From positions 47,120,001 to 47,184,000 of the forward strand of contig NC_091995.1 in assembly GCF_044704955.1 (NCBI RefSeq): a DNA stretch of 64,000 nucleotides. The letters run 5' to 3'. Every line of letters starts with the position of its first letter. Positions within the stretch are counted from its first letter, which is position 1. The notes below the pieces were generated by a model. It was not told the origin of the DNA. It made no database searches and worked only from the letters and a program-made list of their open reading frames with translations. The DNA is from Pristiophorus japonicus (Eukaryota). The position numbers were made by a program, and so were the translations under genes. Below are positions 1 through 11,283 of this stretch, piece by piece.

Positions 1-128
1 GGGTATGGAGAGAAAGCAGGAAATCGGTACTGAGGTTGAATGATCAGACATGATATTGAATGGTGTTGCAGGCTCGAAGGGCCGAATGGCCTGCTCCTGC
101 ATCTAACTTCTATGTTTCTATGTTTCTA
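1..128 (+). mobile_element. CR1 LINE 3' end
   Basis: CR1 3'UTR motif ggctcgaagggccgaatggcct..ctcctgc followed by (TTTCTATG)n tail, matching other CR1 ends in the window. Confidence 0.85.
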
Positions 129-144
129 TATACAGTAAATTGGG

Positions 145-1330
145 GCGGAGAATTCGAAACAATCACAACCCTCTTAGTGAAGCAATTCTTCATCTCAGTC
201 TTAAGTGGCCGACCCCTCATCCTGAGCATGTGCCATGACTTTACCCTGTCAATCCCAATCAGAATTGCATATGTTTCAATGGGTTCACCTCTCATTCTTC
301 TAAACTCCAGAGACTAAATGCCTAATCTACTCAATCTCTAATAATAGGACAACCGCCTCTTTCCAGCATTCAATCTAATAAACATTTATTTCACCACTAT
401 AAGACACATGTATCCTTCCTCAGATAAGGCGACCAAAACTTTGCACCATACTCCAGGTGTGGTCTTACCAAACCTCTGTACAATTGTAGCAAGACATTCT
501 TACTCTTTTACTCCAGCCACCTTGCAAGAAAGGTCAACATTCCATTTGCCTTCCTGTATCTGCATGCTAACTTTATGTATTTACATAGAAACATAGAAAC
601 ATAGAAAATAGGTGCATGAGGAGGCCATTCCGCCCTTCGAGCCTGCACCACCATTCAATAAGATCATGGCTGATCATTCCCTCAGTACCCATTTCCTGCT
701 TTCTCTCAATACCCCTTGATAACTTTAGCCGTAAGGGCCGTATCTAACTCCCTCTTGAATATATCCAATGAACTGGCATCAACAACTCTCTGTGGTAGGG
801 AATTCCACAGGTTAACAACCCTCTGAGTGAAGAAGTTTCTCCTCATCGCAGTCCTAAATGGCCTACCCCTTATCCAAGACTGTGTCTCCTGGTTCTGGAC
901 TTCCCCAACATCGGGAACATTCTTCCTGCATCTAACCTGTCCAGTCCCGTCAGAATCTTATATGTTTCTATGAGATTCCCTCTCATCCTTCTAAACTCCA
1001 ATGTATAAAGGCCAAGTTGATCCAGTCTCTCCTCATATGTCAGTCCAGCCATCCCGGGAATCAGTCTGGTGAACCCTCGCTGCACTCCCTCAATAGCAAG
1101 AACGTCCTTACTCAGATTAGCTCGAGGACCCCTAAATTTCACTGAACACCAACATTTACTCGTTGCTCACCATTTAAACATTACTCTGTTTTACTGTTCT
1201 TCCTACCAAAGTAAATAGTCTCACATTTCTCCACATTGTACTCCATCTGTCACCTTATTGCCCATTTAATTCACCTGTCTAAATCCCTGTAAATGCTCTT
1301 CGCGGCTTACTTCCCCACCGAACTTTGTAT
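145..1330 (-). mobile_element. Old degraded CR1 ORF2 3' part, split by a younger CR1 at 583-1120
   Basis: ORF 110-295 (LRMRGRPLKTEMKNCFTKRVV) is CR1 ORF2 C-terminal; homology stops at ~582 and resumes at ~1121 (gaggacccctaaat...ctcacatttctccacattgtactccatctg). Confidence 0.7.
583..1120 (-). mobile_element. Young 5'-truncated CR1 LINE
   Basis: (CATAGAAA)n tail at 583-610; ORF 870-1142 DVLAIEGVQRGFTRLIPGMAGLTYEERLDQLGLYTLEFRRMRG. Confidence 0.9.
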
Positions 1331-1457
1331 TGTTGACATGGGTGCTGTGAAGGTAGGTTAGGCCAAGGGATGTTGTACTTCTCTCAATGTCCAACTGAAA
1401 CCTCTTGTCCCAGGGGTTCATATTCAATAGCAGTGCAGTCCAAACTTCCCAACTATT

Positions 1458-1646
1458 AAAGCAAAATATTGCGGATGCTGGAATCTGGAATAAAAACAGA
1501 AAATGCTGGAAATCTCAACTGGTCAGGCAGCATTGTGGAGAGAAGTACAGTTAGTATTTAGGGTCGACCCGAAACATTAACTCTGCTTTCTCGCCACAGA
1601 TGCTGCCTGATCCGCTGAGATTTACAGCATTTTCTGTTTTTATTCC
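1458..1646. repeat. Palindromic element made of two inverted Penelope terminal sequences
   Basis: ggaataaaaacagaaaatgctg...gggtcgaccc...cagcattttctgtttttattcc; arms match the terminus of the Penelope-like element at ~48100-48210. Confidence 0.75.
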
Positions 1647-3099
1647 CAAATATTACCTTGCTTTGGAAATTCAACCATCTTCGATATCTCGGTCTCATCA
1701 ATGTCTCTGGTAACTTAAGATACTACTGCAAATCGGGTTGCGTTGAGCGATATTGGAAGCACGGGGCTGTGTTGTGACTTCCACTTTCCTTCAGATAATA
1801 CGAACAAACGAACAATGACGGGCAGGTGAAACCCTCTGGTCCATTTAGACTTTTCCCCACGACTGTGGTATCTCTTGCATGAAAATAGATACACAAAACA
1901 AACCATGTGATCTCCTGCGACAGGCGAAAGAACAGACTGAGAACCCAGACCAATTTGCGAGAAATAACTTGGGCAATTCCTCTGCGACCCATTTACGTGA
2001 TCGGAACTAGGTCCGGAGATTTCTCTGACCCTGAATTCCCTGCAGTACCTGCCTTTTTTAAGAGGTGTTATATGCTTCAACTAGAAACAGCCACTGTTCA
2101 TTGCAGTCCTTATTCTCATTCACAACTGGACAAAGTGAGTTCAGGTAATATTATTATTAGACTGTAAAAATATACAGCAGCAGACTTGTTGGTTTCAGTG
2201 TTAGTTTGCTAATATTGAGAATTATATTTCAGTATTCAATCCATTACCACAATAAATGATAGTTAAAGCTCCCGTGTAATATGGAAGTAACTGAATTGTT
2301 TTAGCTTGTATCATTAAAGCCCGGTAGCCCAGATTTTAACCTACCCGGTGTGACAGTAATCGAATGGGCCGCCCGATTTGCACCCCGCCCAATGTAATGT
2401 TCTAATGCCTCAGACAGCCTGCAGCCCATGCCCTGGAATGGCCTCCCTCAATCTCTTCATTCTGTCTAAAGAATTAAGCTTGAATATTTACAATCGACAT
2501 TTTGCTTAGTTGCAATACTGAATATAAAGACAACATACTTTATTGAATGTTTTGTATTTTCAGGACTTAAGCTGACTGCCTCAGGCGTTTGTTATGCTAG
2601 ATTTACTTGTTTTCGGCAGATATCAGACAAATAGCATCAAAGATCACAGTCTTTTGAGAAGGTAGAGCAAGTATTGATCTATCAAAGGCGCGGTAATAAC
2701 CAATTCAGTTCCCTATCTCAGCTTCCAGGACAAAGTGCACGAGACGGGAGGCATGAGATATACCTTCAAATAGAACTGCGCACATTCCTGTCTCTGTTGT
2801 AACTCCACCAAGCCAGGGCATCATTTGTTTAAAAAAGCAAAATGGAATGACATGTATTGCTGTCAAGCAACCGAAATGATACACTTATATGTTATAGGAT
2901 TCCCATTTAAGGATGGAATAATCACATTTTTGTATAAAAGAGTCCAGTCTCAGTAGTTCCTGCATGAAGCAAGCTTGGATTAGAGGAAGCATTATTTTCC
3001 ATGCCACATAAGCTTTGAGCGTGTGCACACTATTTATACTGCAGCATCTATGTTCATCTTGGATGGATATAATTTATTTAATTGTATGAAGTCATTACC

Positions 3100-3575
3100 T
3101 ATTTAATTGGCTTAATAATTGCAACCAAGGGTACTGAATCATAGTCTTCAATGCGCCTCTAACTTTCCACTGGGACACTGATAAATAAACCTGTCTCTGT
3201 AGGAACTCTAATTGGAATCGTAATATCCAATTTTTTCCATAATGGTGAGAGGATCAGAATAATTGTTATCTTATTATAAATTGCACATTTATGTAATATA
3301 GTAAAATGTCCCTCCATAAATGCGGATAGAAGTAAACTGATAGATTTTCTTCAGTTCTCCATCTCTGTATCAATGTGATTCTCATCATTGTTGTTCCCTC
3401 GGAGACTCCTTCTCATTCTATTGTCCAGTGCAACGTGTCTAATGGTCAGAACATTGAGCAATAAAATCAAAACAAATGGAACCAACAGGGATAAAATGGT
3501 GTCCAACAACAAAAATACTTCCAACGTGGGAACGCCATAGAAGATTGATTTAGCATGGCAGTACCACCTAACTCA
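3100..3575 (-). pseudogene. GPR139/GPR142-like pseudogene copy A, 3' half of exon 2
   Basis: Minus strand reads VRWYCHAKSIFYGVPTLEVFLLLDTILSLLVPFVLILLLNVLTIRHVALDNRMRRSLRGNNNDENHIDTEMEN*RKSISLL, colinear with ORF 7566-8474; in-frame stop, later frameshifts, TM1-TM4 part missing. Confidence 0.85.
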
Positions 3576-4069
3576 TAAAAATGGTCTGCCAGTAATCTTT
3601 GGCACTTTAAAGGGATTGTTACAAAGATTATCGAAGGTTTTCCCTTGCTGAACCCCTGAAATTACGTTCACAGGAAGTAACTCCTTTTAAGGAATTACTT
3701 CTCATCTTGACCTAGGAGGCAGGTGAGGCATTTTTGTTTCCGGATATCTTTCAGTTCACCAATTATGCTAAACACAGGAAAAACAAAACCAATATGTTCT
3801 TATTCAGGCAACACTGGTTACACTTCAAACAGATACTCTGGTTATTTAGGAGATAAGCGATAAATGAAATGGAGAATTAAACCTCCAACAAATGGCCGAT
3901 TGGGTGAATGACCATTTACGGCCGGAAACAGGACCCTTTTACGCCCACAGACATTAGTTTTCATTGAAGTCAAGGAACAGGAAGTGGGACAGAATGTAAA
4001 CCGGGTAGCCAATTATCTTTTGTCCCTGTTTCACTTTCACCGAAGGGAAATTCACCCAATCAAGATCGA

Positions 4070-4220
4070 GGGGTAATTTTAACTTCTGGTGACAGAGTAA
4101 AATGGGGGATATCGAATTAGTCGCCCATTACACACAACACCCGATTTTGAATTATTTTGAAGTGATGGAATACAACTCAGCTGTGATGTCTAATGGGATG
4201 TCAATTCAATCCTGTCCATT
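4070..4220. repeat. Short MITE-like palindromic repeat (GGGGTAATTTT/GGGGTGAAATT ends)
   Basis: ggggtaattttaactt...gtaaaatgggggatatcgaattagtcgcccattacac; same family as 58357-58562 and 59653-59790. Confidence 0.5.
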
Positions 4221-5844
4221 TTACATTGACACGAATGTTAACATAGCTCTTCGGGAGAAGCCCATGTGTCAGCAACTGTGGCATTGTATTCCCACATTCT
4301 CGCATTATAGTAGAAATTATAAAATCATTAATAACGACCAATGGAGTGATTGCACCAGCTGTGCCGTTATTCCCATTCAGATTTGATATTTCATTATTTA
4401 ATTAGTTTTAACCCAACACGCCCAGTGGTGGAGTGACGGGGTGGGACCGGCCGCCCCATTATATTCCATTATACTCAGGTGGGGCGGGAAACAGGCGGTC
4501 GGTCAATCCGTCAGTTTCCAGCCAGGCGGCTCAGTTTAAAATCTGTTGAAGTGTATTTAACCCTGTGTATAACTAATTCATTTATTTCACGTTACGTTGA
4601 AATGAAATCAATTGGAAACATTTCTGAAGTTAATTGATCAGGAAGATATTTTCAGCTTATTCTATTTGGTAAGAATGATAGCGGGCTAAGGGAATACTCC
4701 CTGTCTAAATCACTCGCGCCCTCTGTTGCTTACATTGTTCAGTTTATTATTGTTACATGATGATTGTCTGTCCAGTTCTTAAAATAGTATCTAATGTTAA
4801 TAAAGGGTTTCGATTTAATATTTGAAATCAAATGAGACGTTGACCGATGATGTAATTATCCAATATTTGTCTGTTTAAGCAGTTGTTTGTTGTTAAAGTC
4901 ATAACCACTCTTCATTTTCAAAGAAGCAATGATAATCGCTGACTTCAGAATCTACAGAGAGATTTCCGAGTCAGTTCATTTCACATCATGGCCAACAACC
5001 GAAGAGCTGTCAGATCCTGGGACCCTCCCACTCCCAGCCCTGGGCTCAGAGACTTCCTCCTCCTCCCCCCCGCCAGAAATCACATTCCAGTCCCGATTAC
5101 TACCAGGCTGTATGTTCTGCCTCTGCAGTGCTGCCAAAGGAAAGGCTTCACCAGGGGCTGATTCTCGCAATACCCAATTCCCAGTGCGGCCTAAACCGAA
5201 CCCTCCACCTCCCATCACTCAGTGTTAATTCACCTCAGACCCGCTGCTGCAGCGCTGCAGAACCCGCGGCAAATACTTTGTGCTTCAGAATCTCAGCACA
5301 CCTACTGCACAACTGCTGCCATTTAATCCTGGACCCGAGATCAATGGAAGGGAAAATTGGGCGAGACGCATAATGGACGTGCAATTCCATAAGGCGCCTT
5401 TTGTACTATTTCCCAAAGTTAAATGTACCATTGTGTTTTTTAAAATTCGGTGAATCCGTTATTTGAGCCAGGGATCGGTTATTCGTATTCTTCAAATCAT
5501 CCCTGAACTTACTAAATTATATTAACCAACCAGAACCAAGCTGCGATGCTAATATTTGGCTCCGAAATAAAATTACAAGACTATCTACAAATGCATCGAA
5601 ATCCCCACTAAACCGTTTAATTTAAAGTTTCAGAATAAATTGTGCTGCCTGTCCAGTTATTACATTAGGAATATGTCGGAAACTTTGAGTATTCTAATTG
5701 TTATTTATTTGCTGGTGGTAATTAATGTCTGCACATCAACCACATCAAAACAAGCAAATAATATTATTACACCGACAGCAGGGGAAGTGAGGCAGTCAAA
5801 TACTGCTGAAGATATATATATATGAACTATATGTAAGCAGCGTA

Positions 5845-5913
5845 TTTGTAACTCCAACTTTTGCAAGAACAGGACAGTATATGTTTTCTATCTGTTATTA
5901 CTGGCTGTCCTAT
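5845..5913 (-). pseudogene. GPR139-like pseudogene copy A, dead exon 1
   Basis: Homologous to exon 1 at 10776-10845 (ccaacttttgcaagaacaggacagtatatgttttctatctgtt); start ATG changed to ATA, indel, donor site lost. Confidence 0.75.
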
Positions 5914-7565
5914 TTTCGAAGCGAAGCAACACTATGTTTCAATTTTAGGGACACAAGATATTCTGCTTTCAAAATGAGGTCCTATTAAGATCTGAGAAAA
6001 AGCTCAAGCTCAGTACCAGTTAAAGTCATTTGAACAAACAGATTAAGACGAGCCATATTTGCTCCTACTTATTATGGAGCAGGATATTTCACGTTCAAAA
6101 ATTAAACTTAAGAATATCACGATGATCAAATTTTTAAATAAAATATTTTGAAATTTGCATTCCTAAAGGTAGCTGAGTTCATTGCATAATAGGTTCACGG
6201 ATTGCATTAGAAATAACTGCATATTAGCGGTAGATAAGCACAACCTCCATTTTGGGTGCATCATATTTTGTCTTTGTTAATGTATGTGTTTTATAATATC
6301 TATATAAGGAGGCTCCGTGGTGCACGTTAGATCGAAGTGCGTTCACAGATACACACAGAAAGTTGTATAAAGCTGAGCTGCCCCACTGTTATGCTGAGAT
6401 GTTGGATTTCAGCATCAACAGGCTATGGGCGGAGGGGAAGGAGACAGGCTCTAGTCTGATATATACCGGGTGTGGGCAAGATAAATGTGGATAACCATCT
6501 CAGTAGCCGTTCGGAAGGGCTGTGGGAGTTCATGGTCGTCAAATTTTAAGGAGTTGGAGGGCAAACAATAGACTTCACGCCGACTGTGTAGCCGTAATTT
6601 GGAGCGGGACCCTGTAACACCCCTCCAGTCAATGGGAAGTAGCTCTGCCTGAAGTCAAGTTATTTTAGAAATATGGCACAGTCCCCTAATGACCATCACC
6701 TTTTTGGATATTTCACCATTTGGTCAGCGATGAATTTTGGTGTGGCTTATATTAAAATGATGATGTACATTCAGATTGTTCCCAAAGGGTTTACGATTCT
6801 CACAGCAGCTGTTGCTGGGGTTGGGAGAGGGTGTTGGGCGGATGGTGGGAAGAGCCGCTAGATTTGAATATGAAAGTTAGATTGTCCACTTTGTGCAACT
6901 TGAATGCTATTTTCATAAACATTACAAAATTCCTTTCCAAACTTGTTCCCGAAATCTACAACCTCAGATGGAACTGAGGTCGCTGATCCCAGTCAGTGCA
7001 GCAATTTCAGGCATTACAATCTGTCTCTGCTCCCTTCGATTATTTGGGGAAATCTTCTCTGCTTCCCTCTCCGAATTGATATTAGCGACTATTCCTAAAA
7101 TGTGGTGAACGTTTGATGGGATTTGTTTGCTGTGGTTCATAACAAAACGAGATTTTTTTGTGTTATAATTTGCATGATTTGAAATATGAAGGAAAAATAT
7201 GTCTATGGTTTGACATAGAATCACATAGAACACTCAGCACAGGAATAGGCCATTCGGTCCAACCAGTCCAGGCCGGCATTAATGCTCCACTCACACCTCC
7301 TCTCATCCTTCCTCATCTAAGTCTATCAGCAGAACCCGCTGTGCGGATCTGAAAAAATCTTATTTGTTTGTTCATATGTGGCATCAGTTGTCTTAAACTA
7401 TCGCCAAAAGTTAATATCCGAAGCATATTTTATCACCTACAATATGACATCTAATATTGGGAACAGGTGACAGCTTCCATTTGCTTCGGCAATTCCTGTT
7501 TGCATATATTAGTTGAACAATTTCTGCCCGTTTCCAATGGATGTAGTTCCACTTTAGTTTGTGGA

Positions 7566-8479
7566 TCATTTAACTTTTTTGATTAAATTAGTAATGAAAG
7601 CCAGGGGATGCCTGATCACGTTCTTCAATTCCTCTCTGAACTTGCTCTGGGACACTGCATAAATAAACGTGTTTGTGCAAGAACTCAAACACCTCAGCAT
7701 ATACCCAGATTGTTCTGCAATGGTGAAAGAGTCTTTATAATTTGCTTTCATAAATTGAGTATCTGTAAATTGCACACATATAAACACTATAAAACTTACC
7801 ATCCATAATAGTATTAAATTGTAAGATAACGTGAACAGTAAAATGATGGATTTCCTTCGGTTCTCCATCTCTGGATCAGTGTGATTCTGAAGATTGTTGT
7901 TTGCTTGGAGACCCCTCCTCACTCTATTGGCCAGTACAATGTGCCTGATGGTCAGTGCATTGAGCAGCACGATCAAAACAAACGGGGCAAATGGGGTTAA
8001 AATTGTTTCCAACCACAAATACGCTAACCATAAGGGTGAGGTGTAGAAGCTTGATTTTACATGGCAGAACCATGGCACGTTGTCAATTATTTCCCGAGGT
8101 TCAAATACAAAGTAGATTGGAACATTTTCTAAAACACTGAAGAAACACACCACTGCTATCACCACAGCTGCAGTTTGTTCGGTGCAATATTTTGTTCGCA
8201 ACGTTTGGTTACAAATAGCGATAAATCGATCAAAGGTGAAAGCCACCGTTAGCCAGACAGAGCAATCAATGAAAGAATAACACAGGGTGAGATTGAGACT
8301 ACAAATCGGAGTATAGTTTAGGAATGAATTTTGGAAATAAGCATCGTTAATCTCATACAGAATCACTTCATTAATCAGGACCATTAGATCAGCAGCTGCC
8401 ATGGCCACCAGGTAACGGGTGATGCATTTGGAGAGACCGCACTTTCCACGGGAGAGAATGATGATTGTCACCAAATTAG
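7566..8479 (-). CDS. GPR139/GPR142-like class A GPCR copy B, exon 2 (open frame; acceptor reads AA not AG)
   Basis: 302-aa 7TM ORF with YLVAMAAADL (TM2), SVWLTVAFTFDRFIAIC (TM3, DRF), CTNTFIYAVSQSKFREEL (TM7/H8); joined to exon 1 it gives ...GLPANLVTIIILSR, like the GPR139 GLPANILTVIILS motif. Confidence 0.85.
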
Positions 8480-9444
8480 TTGCAAAAAAGTGAACATTAA
8501 ATCACTAGCTCTCGTTACTCTGAGAGGATGATCAATCAATAATTATTTGAATAAAAATAATGGAAAGATTTTTTATTACTCAAATCTCTCTTTTTCCCAA
8601 TCTGGCGGAGAAGCCTAATAATTCAGAAAACTTGCATTTCTTTTTCGATACACATCGCTAAGTTATTTGTAGTTACTTCAGAAGAAAAGAATGCTGCAGT
8701 GACTGATGGTTAGATTTTTAACTTTCCAGCGGACCAAAAATGGGTTTTTCCATCTGGTGGCCGCAATTGAATCCGCCTGTTTTTCATTTCCTCGTGTGTC
8801 CTCATTCCTAACATCCCCAATTGTGATGCATTGTAGGACTCAGCATGATAACAGTATTCTGCTTGCAATATTCTATCGTTTAATGTTCTGGAGGCAGGTG
8901 AAAATTCCAACATGGTGTCCTTACCGTGCTTATCTTCAGCAAATGACCAATCAAGGTAGATTGCTCAGTGATACATTGTTTCATGTGGACAATATAATGA
9001 CAAACAATGCTGTTTGCATTGTGCCACAACTATGTACGGCCAGAATTGTTTACTTCAAAGTAGCCGCATAATGACGGTGGTGCGTGGGGCCTGAGCGTGG
9101 GCAAACATTTAAAGTGCATTTCAAATTTAGTTGAATAATAATGTGCAATGGTTATGTACATCAAGCGGGGAGCGGGACTCTGGAAAGAATGACTGTGCTT
9201 TTCTCACATGACCAGGATTGTCTTGGGTGGTAATGCCCGTTGCCTGCCCACTTGATGTCAAGTTACTTCGACCAATGGAGCTGACTGTCGGGAGGGGCGT
9301 ATAACAGGCAGCCCCTGCCATTCCGCCCAAGAATGTCCACCACCAGATAGCTGCTGCTGCATGAGTAACCCTTCTTAAATATTCTCTCAACAATTATCCT
9401 GAATATATTTTATGCTGTGTATTGGAATCCAAGTGCAATTATTG

Positions 9445-9570
9445 TCAGAAGCAAAACACTCTGGATGTAGAAAATCTGAAATAATTGCAGAAAATGCTTG
9501 AAATACTCAGCAGGTCAGGCAGGTGCCGGGGAGAGAGAAACAGAATTAATGTTTCAGGTCGACGACGCTT
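9445..9570 (-). repeat. Penelope terminal-repeat fragment
   Basis: gaaaatgcttgaaatactcagcaggtcaggcagg...gagagagaaacagaattaatgtttcaggtcga. Confidence 0.65.
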
Positions 9571-9959
9571 CGAGAGAGATTAATTATTGTTCCCTATTTA
9601 ATTATATAAAACGGTTCTTTGGCATCCAGCCTGAGATGAATATTGTAAAAAGCAATGGCTTTTGTTTCAAATCCAAATCTCTGCCAAGACTGGAAAATCA
9701 AGCTTTGGGCACTGCAGCTTGTACAAACATAGTATTGGAAATCCCTGTGACGGTCTGGACATCCTGGTTCATGATCATATCCCAGTTTATCTCCCGTCAA
9801 TCTGTGCTTGATGTGTGACACGTTCTTCACTTTGCCCCCGTTTTCGTAATTAACGTTTAAATAAACTCCCAACAGAGGATAAAAGTGTGTTATTGATTGA
9901 AGTATTTAAGTCTTGTTTTATCGGACGGGCCGATAGGACCAACAACAAAATTAATTTTC

Positions 9960-10358
9960 AATCGCAAATACGGGATATGCTGGAATCTGAAATAAAAACA
10001 GATAGTTCTGGGAATACTCAGCAGGTCAAGCAGCATCTGTGGGCAGATAAACAGAGTTAACGTTTCAGGTCTGTGACCTTTGTCACAACTGGAGAAATTG
10101 GAGATGTAACAGATTTTAAGCAAGTGTAGGGGCCGGGAAAGGGGGAGCGGAGGAAAGAGCAAAAGGAAAGGTCTGTGATAGTGTGCAAGACAAGGGAGAT
10201 TAGATGACAAAAGGTATGCAATACAAAGCAAAAGAAGATGCTAATGGAACAAGTAGTGAAACAAAAGATGAGTCTAGAAGAGTTTTAAATGGGAATGGCA
10301 AACACATGAAAATGTAGGGGAAGAGGCTGTAGTCTGAAGTTGTTGAGCTCGATGTTGT
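9960..10358 (-). mobile_element. Penelope-like element 3' remnant in GPCR intron
   Basis: Reverse-complement match to ~47885-48215 (gctggaatctgaaataaaaacag...agtctgaagttgttgagctcgatgttg). Confidence 0.7.
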
Positions 10359-10775
10359 GAGTGCGGGAGAATCTTTTCTATTTCTCCTGGATTCACAATA
10401 TATAACAATACATTCCTTTTCCTTTTCTTGAACAACCTCCGGGAATCCTTTTAAGAATTGATGTTTTGGCTACTCCATCCGATACTAATAATTGTCCCAG
10501 CAACAGAGCTACAAGAATGTCGATCACGGCCAAGGCATCTCCACTAAATAGCTGAATTTAAATAGTCAGAGTAAATGGAGCTTCCTCTCAGTTTGTTACA
10601 TTAACAATATGACAGAACCTTGGAGTAATTTGAGTTGTTTCTTTGATGCTGGTAGTTATAGTCTGCAAATAAAACAGATCAACACAAACAGATCATATCA
10701 TTACACCGCCAGCAGGAGCAGTGACATAGTGAAGCACTGTTAAAGATGAGCATTAACTGATTATAAGCGGCTTAC

Positions 10776-10845
10776 CAGGAAGACCAACTATTGCAAGAAT
10801 CGGATAGTAAATGTTTTCTATCTGTTTGATTACCAGCTGTCCCAT
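10776..10845 (-). CDS. GPR139-like copy B, coding exon 1 (MGQLVIKQIENIYYPILAIVGLP)
   Basis: ATG at 10845, 23 codons plus 1 nt, canonical G|GTAAG donor; encodes the N-terminus and start of TM1, phase-compatible with exon 2. Confidence 0.85.
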
Positions 10846-11283
10846 ATTCGGAGAGAAGCGATGTTGCCAGTTAGTGCTGTGGACAGGCAGAAATTCTGCT
10901 TTCAAAAAAAGCTCGTATTTAGACCTGAGGGGAACCTGGTGACACATGTGCATTGCACAATAATTGGGATTGTTTACAGACATATGAACAAACAGATTAA
11001 AACGAGTCTTATTCACTCATACTGATCATGGATATTTTGCAATGGTATTGTCCATTGAAAGATTAAGGACTCTAGAAAATTACTTTCATCATACGTTCAA
11101 AGCAAAATATTGCGACATCTCCATTCCTCCAGTCATGGTACAAGACTCCTGAAGTTGAGGATATTTATTTATAGATTCATGCGAGGCATTTGATGGAACA
11201 ATTGTGCATAATTGTGACGGAATAGCTTTCTTTAGATCTTAGTTACGTCAATAATGTTCTCTATCTTCTTTAATCTAAACTAT

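Noticed and set aside
1715-2167. Overlapping short ORFs in CpG-containing unique sequence
   Set aside because: No recognisable protein motif or consistent splice sites; cannot be supported as an exon.
9594-9872. Similar short ORFs at 9594-9872 (-) and 48307-48498 (+) suggesting a small protein family
   Set aside because: The similarity is explained by the duplicated GPCR intron; frames diverge after an indel and there is no shared start or splice signal.
7566-10845. Assigning the symbol GPR139
   Set aside because: Family-level motifs match, but with three divergent local paralogues one-to-one orthology cannot be claimed without a phylogeny.
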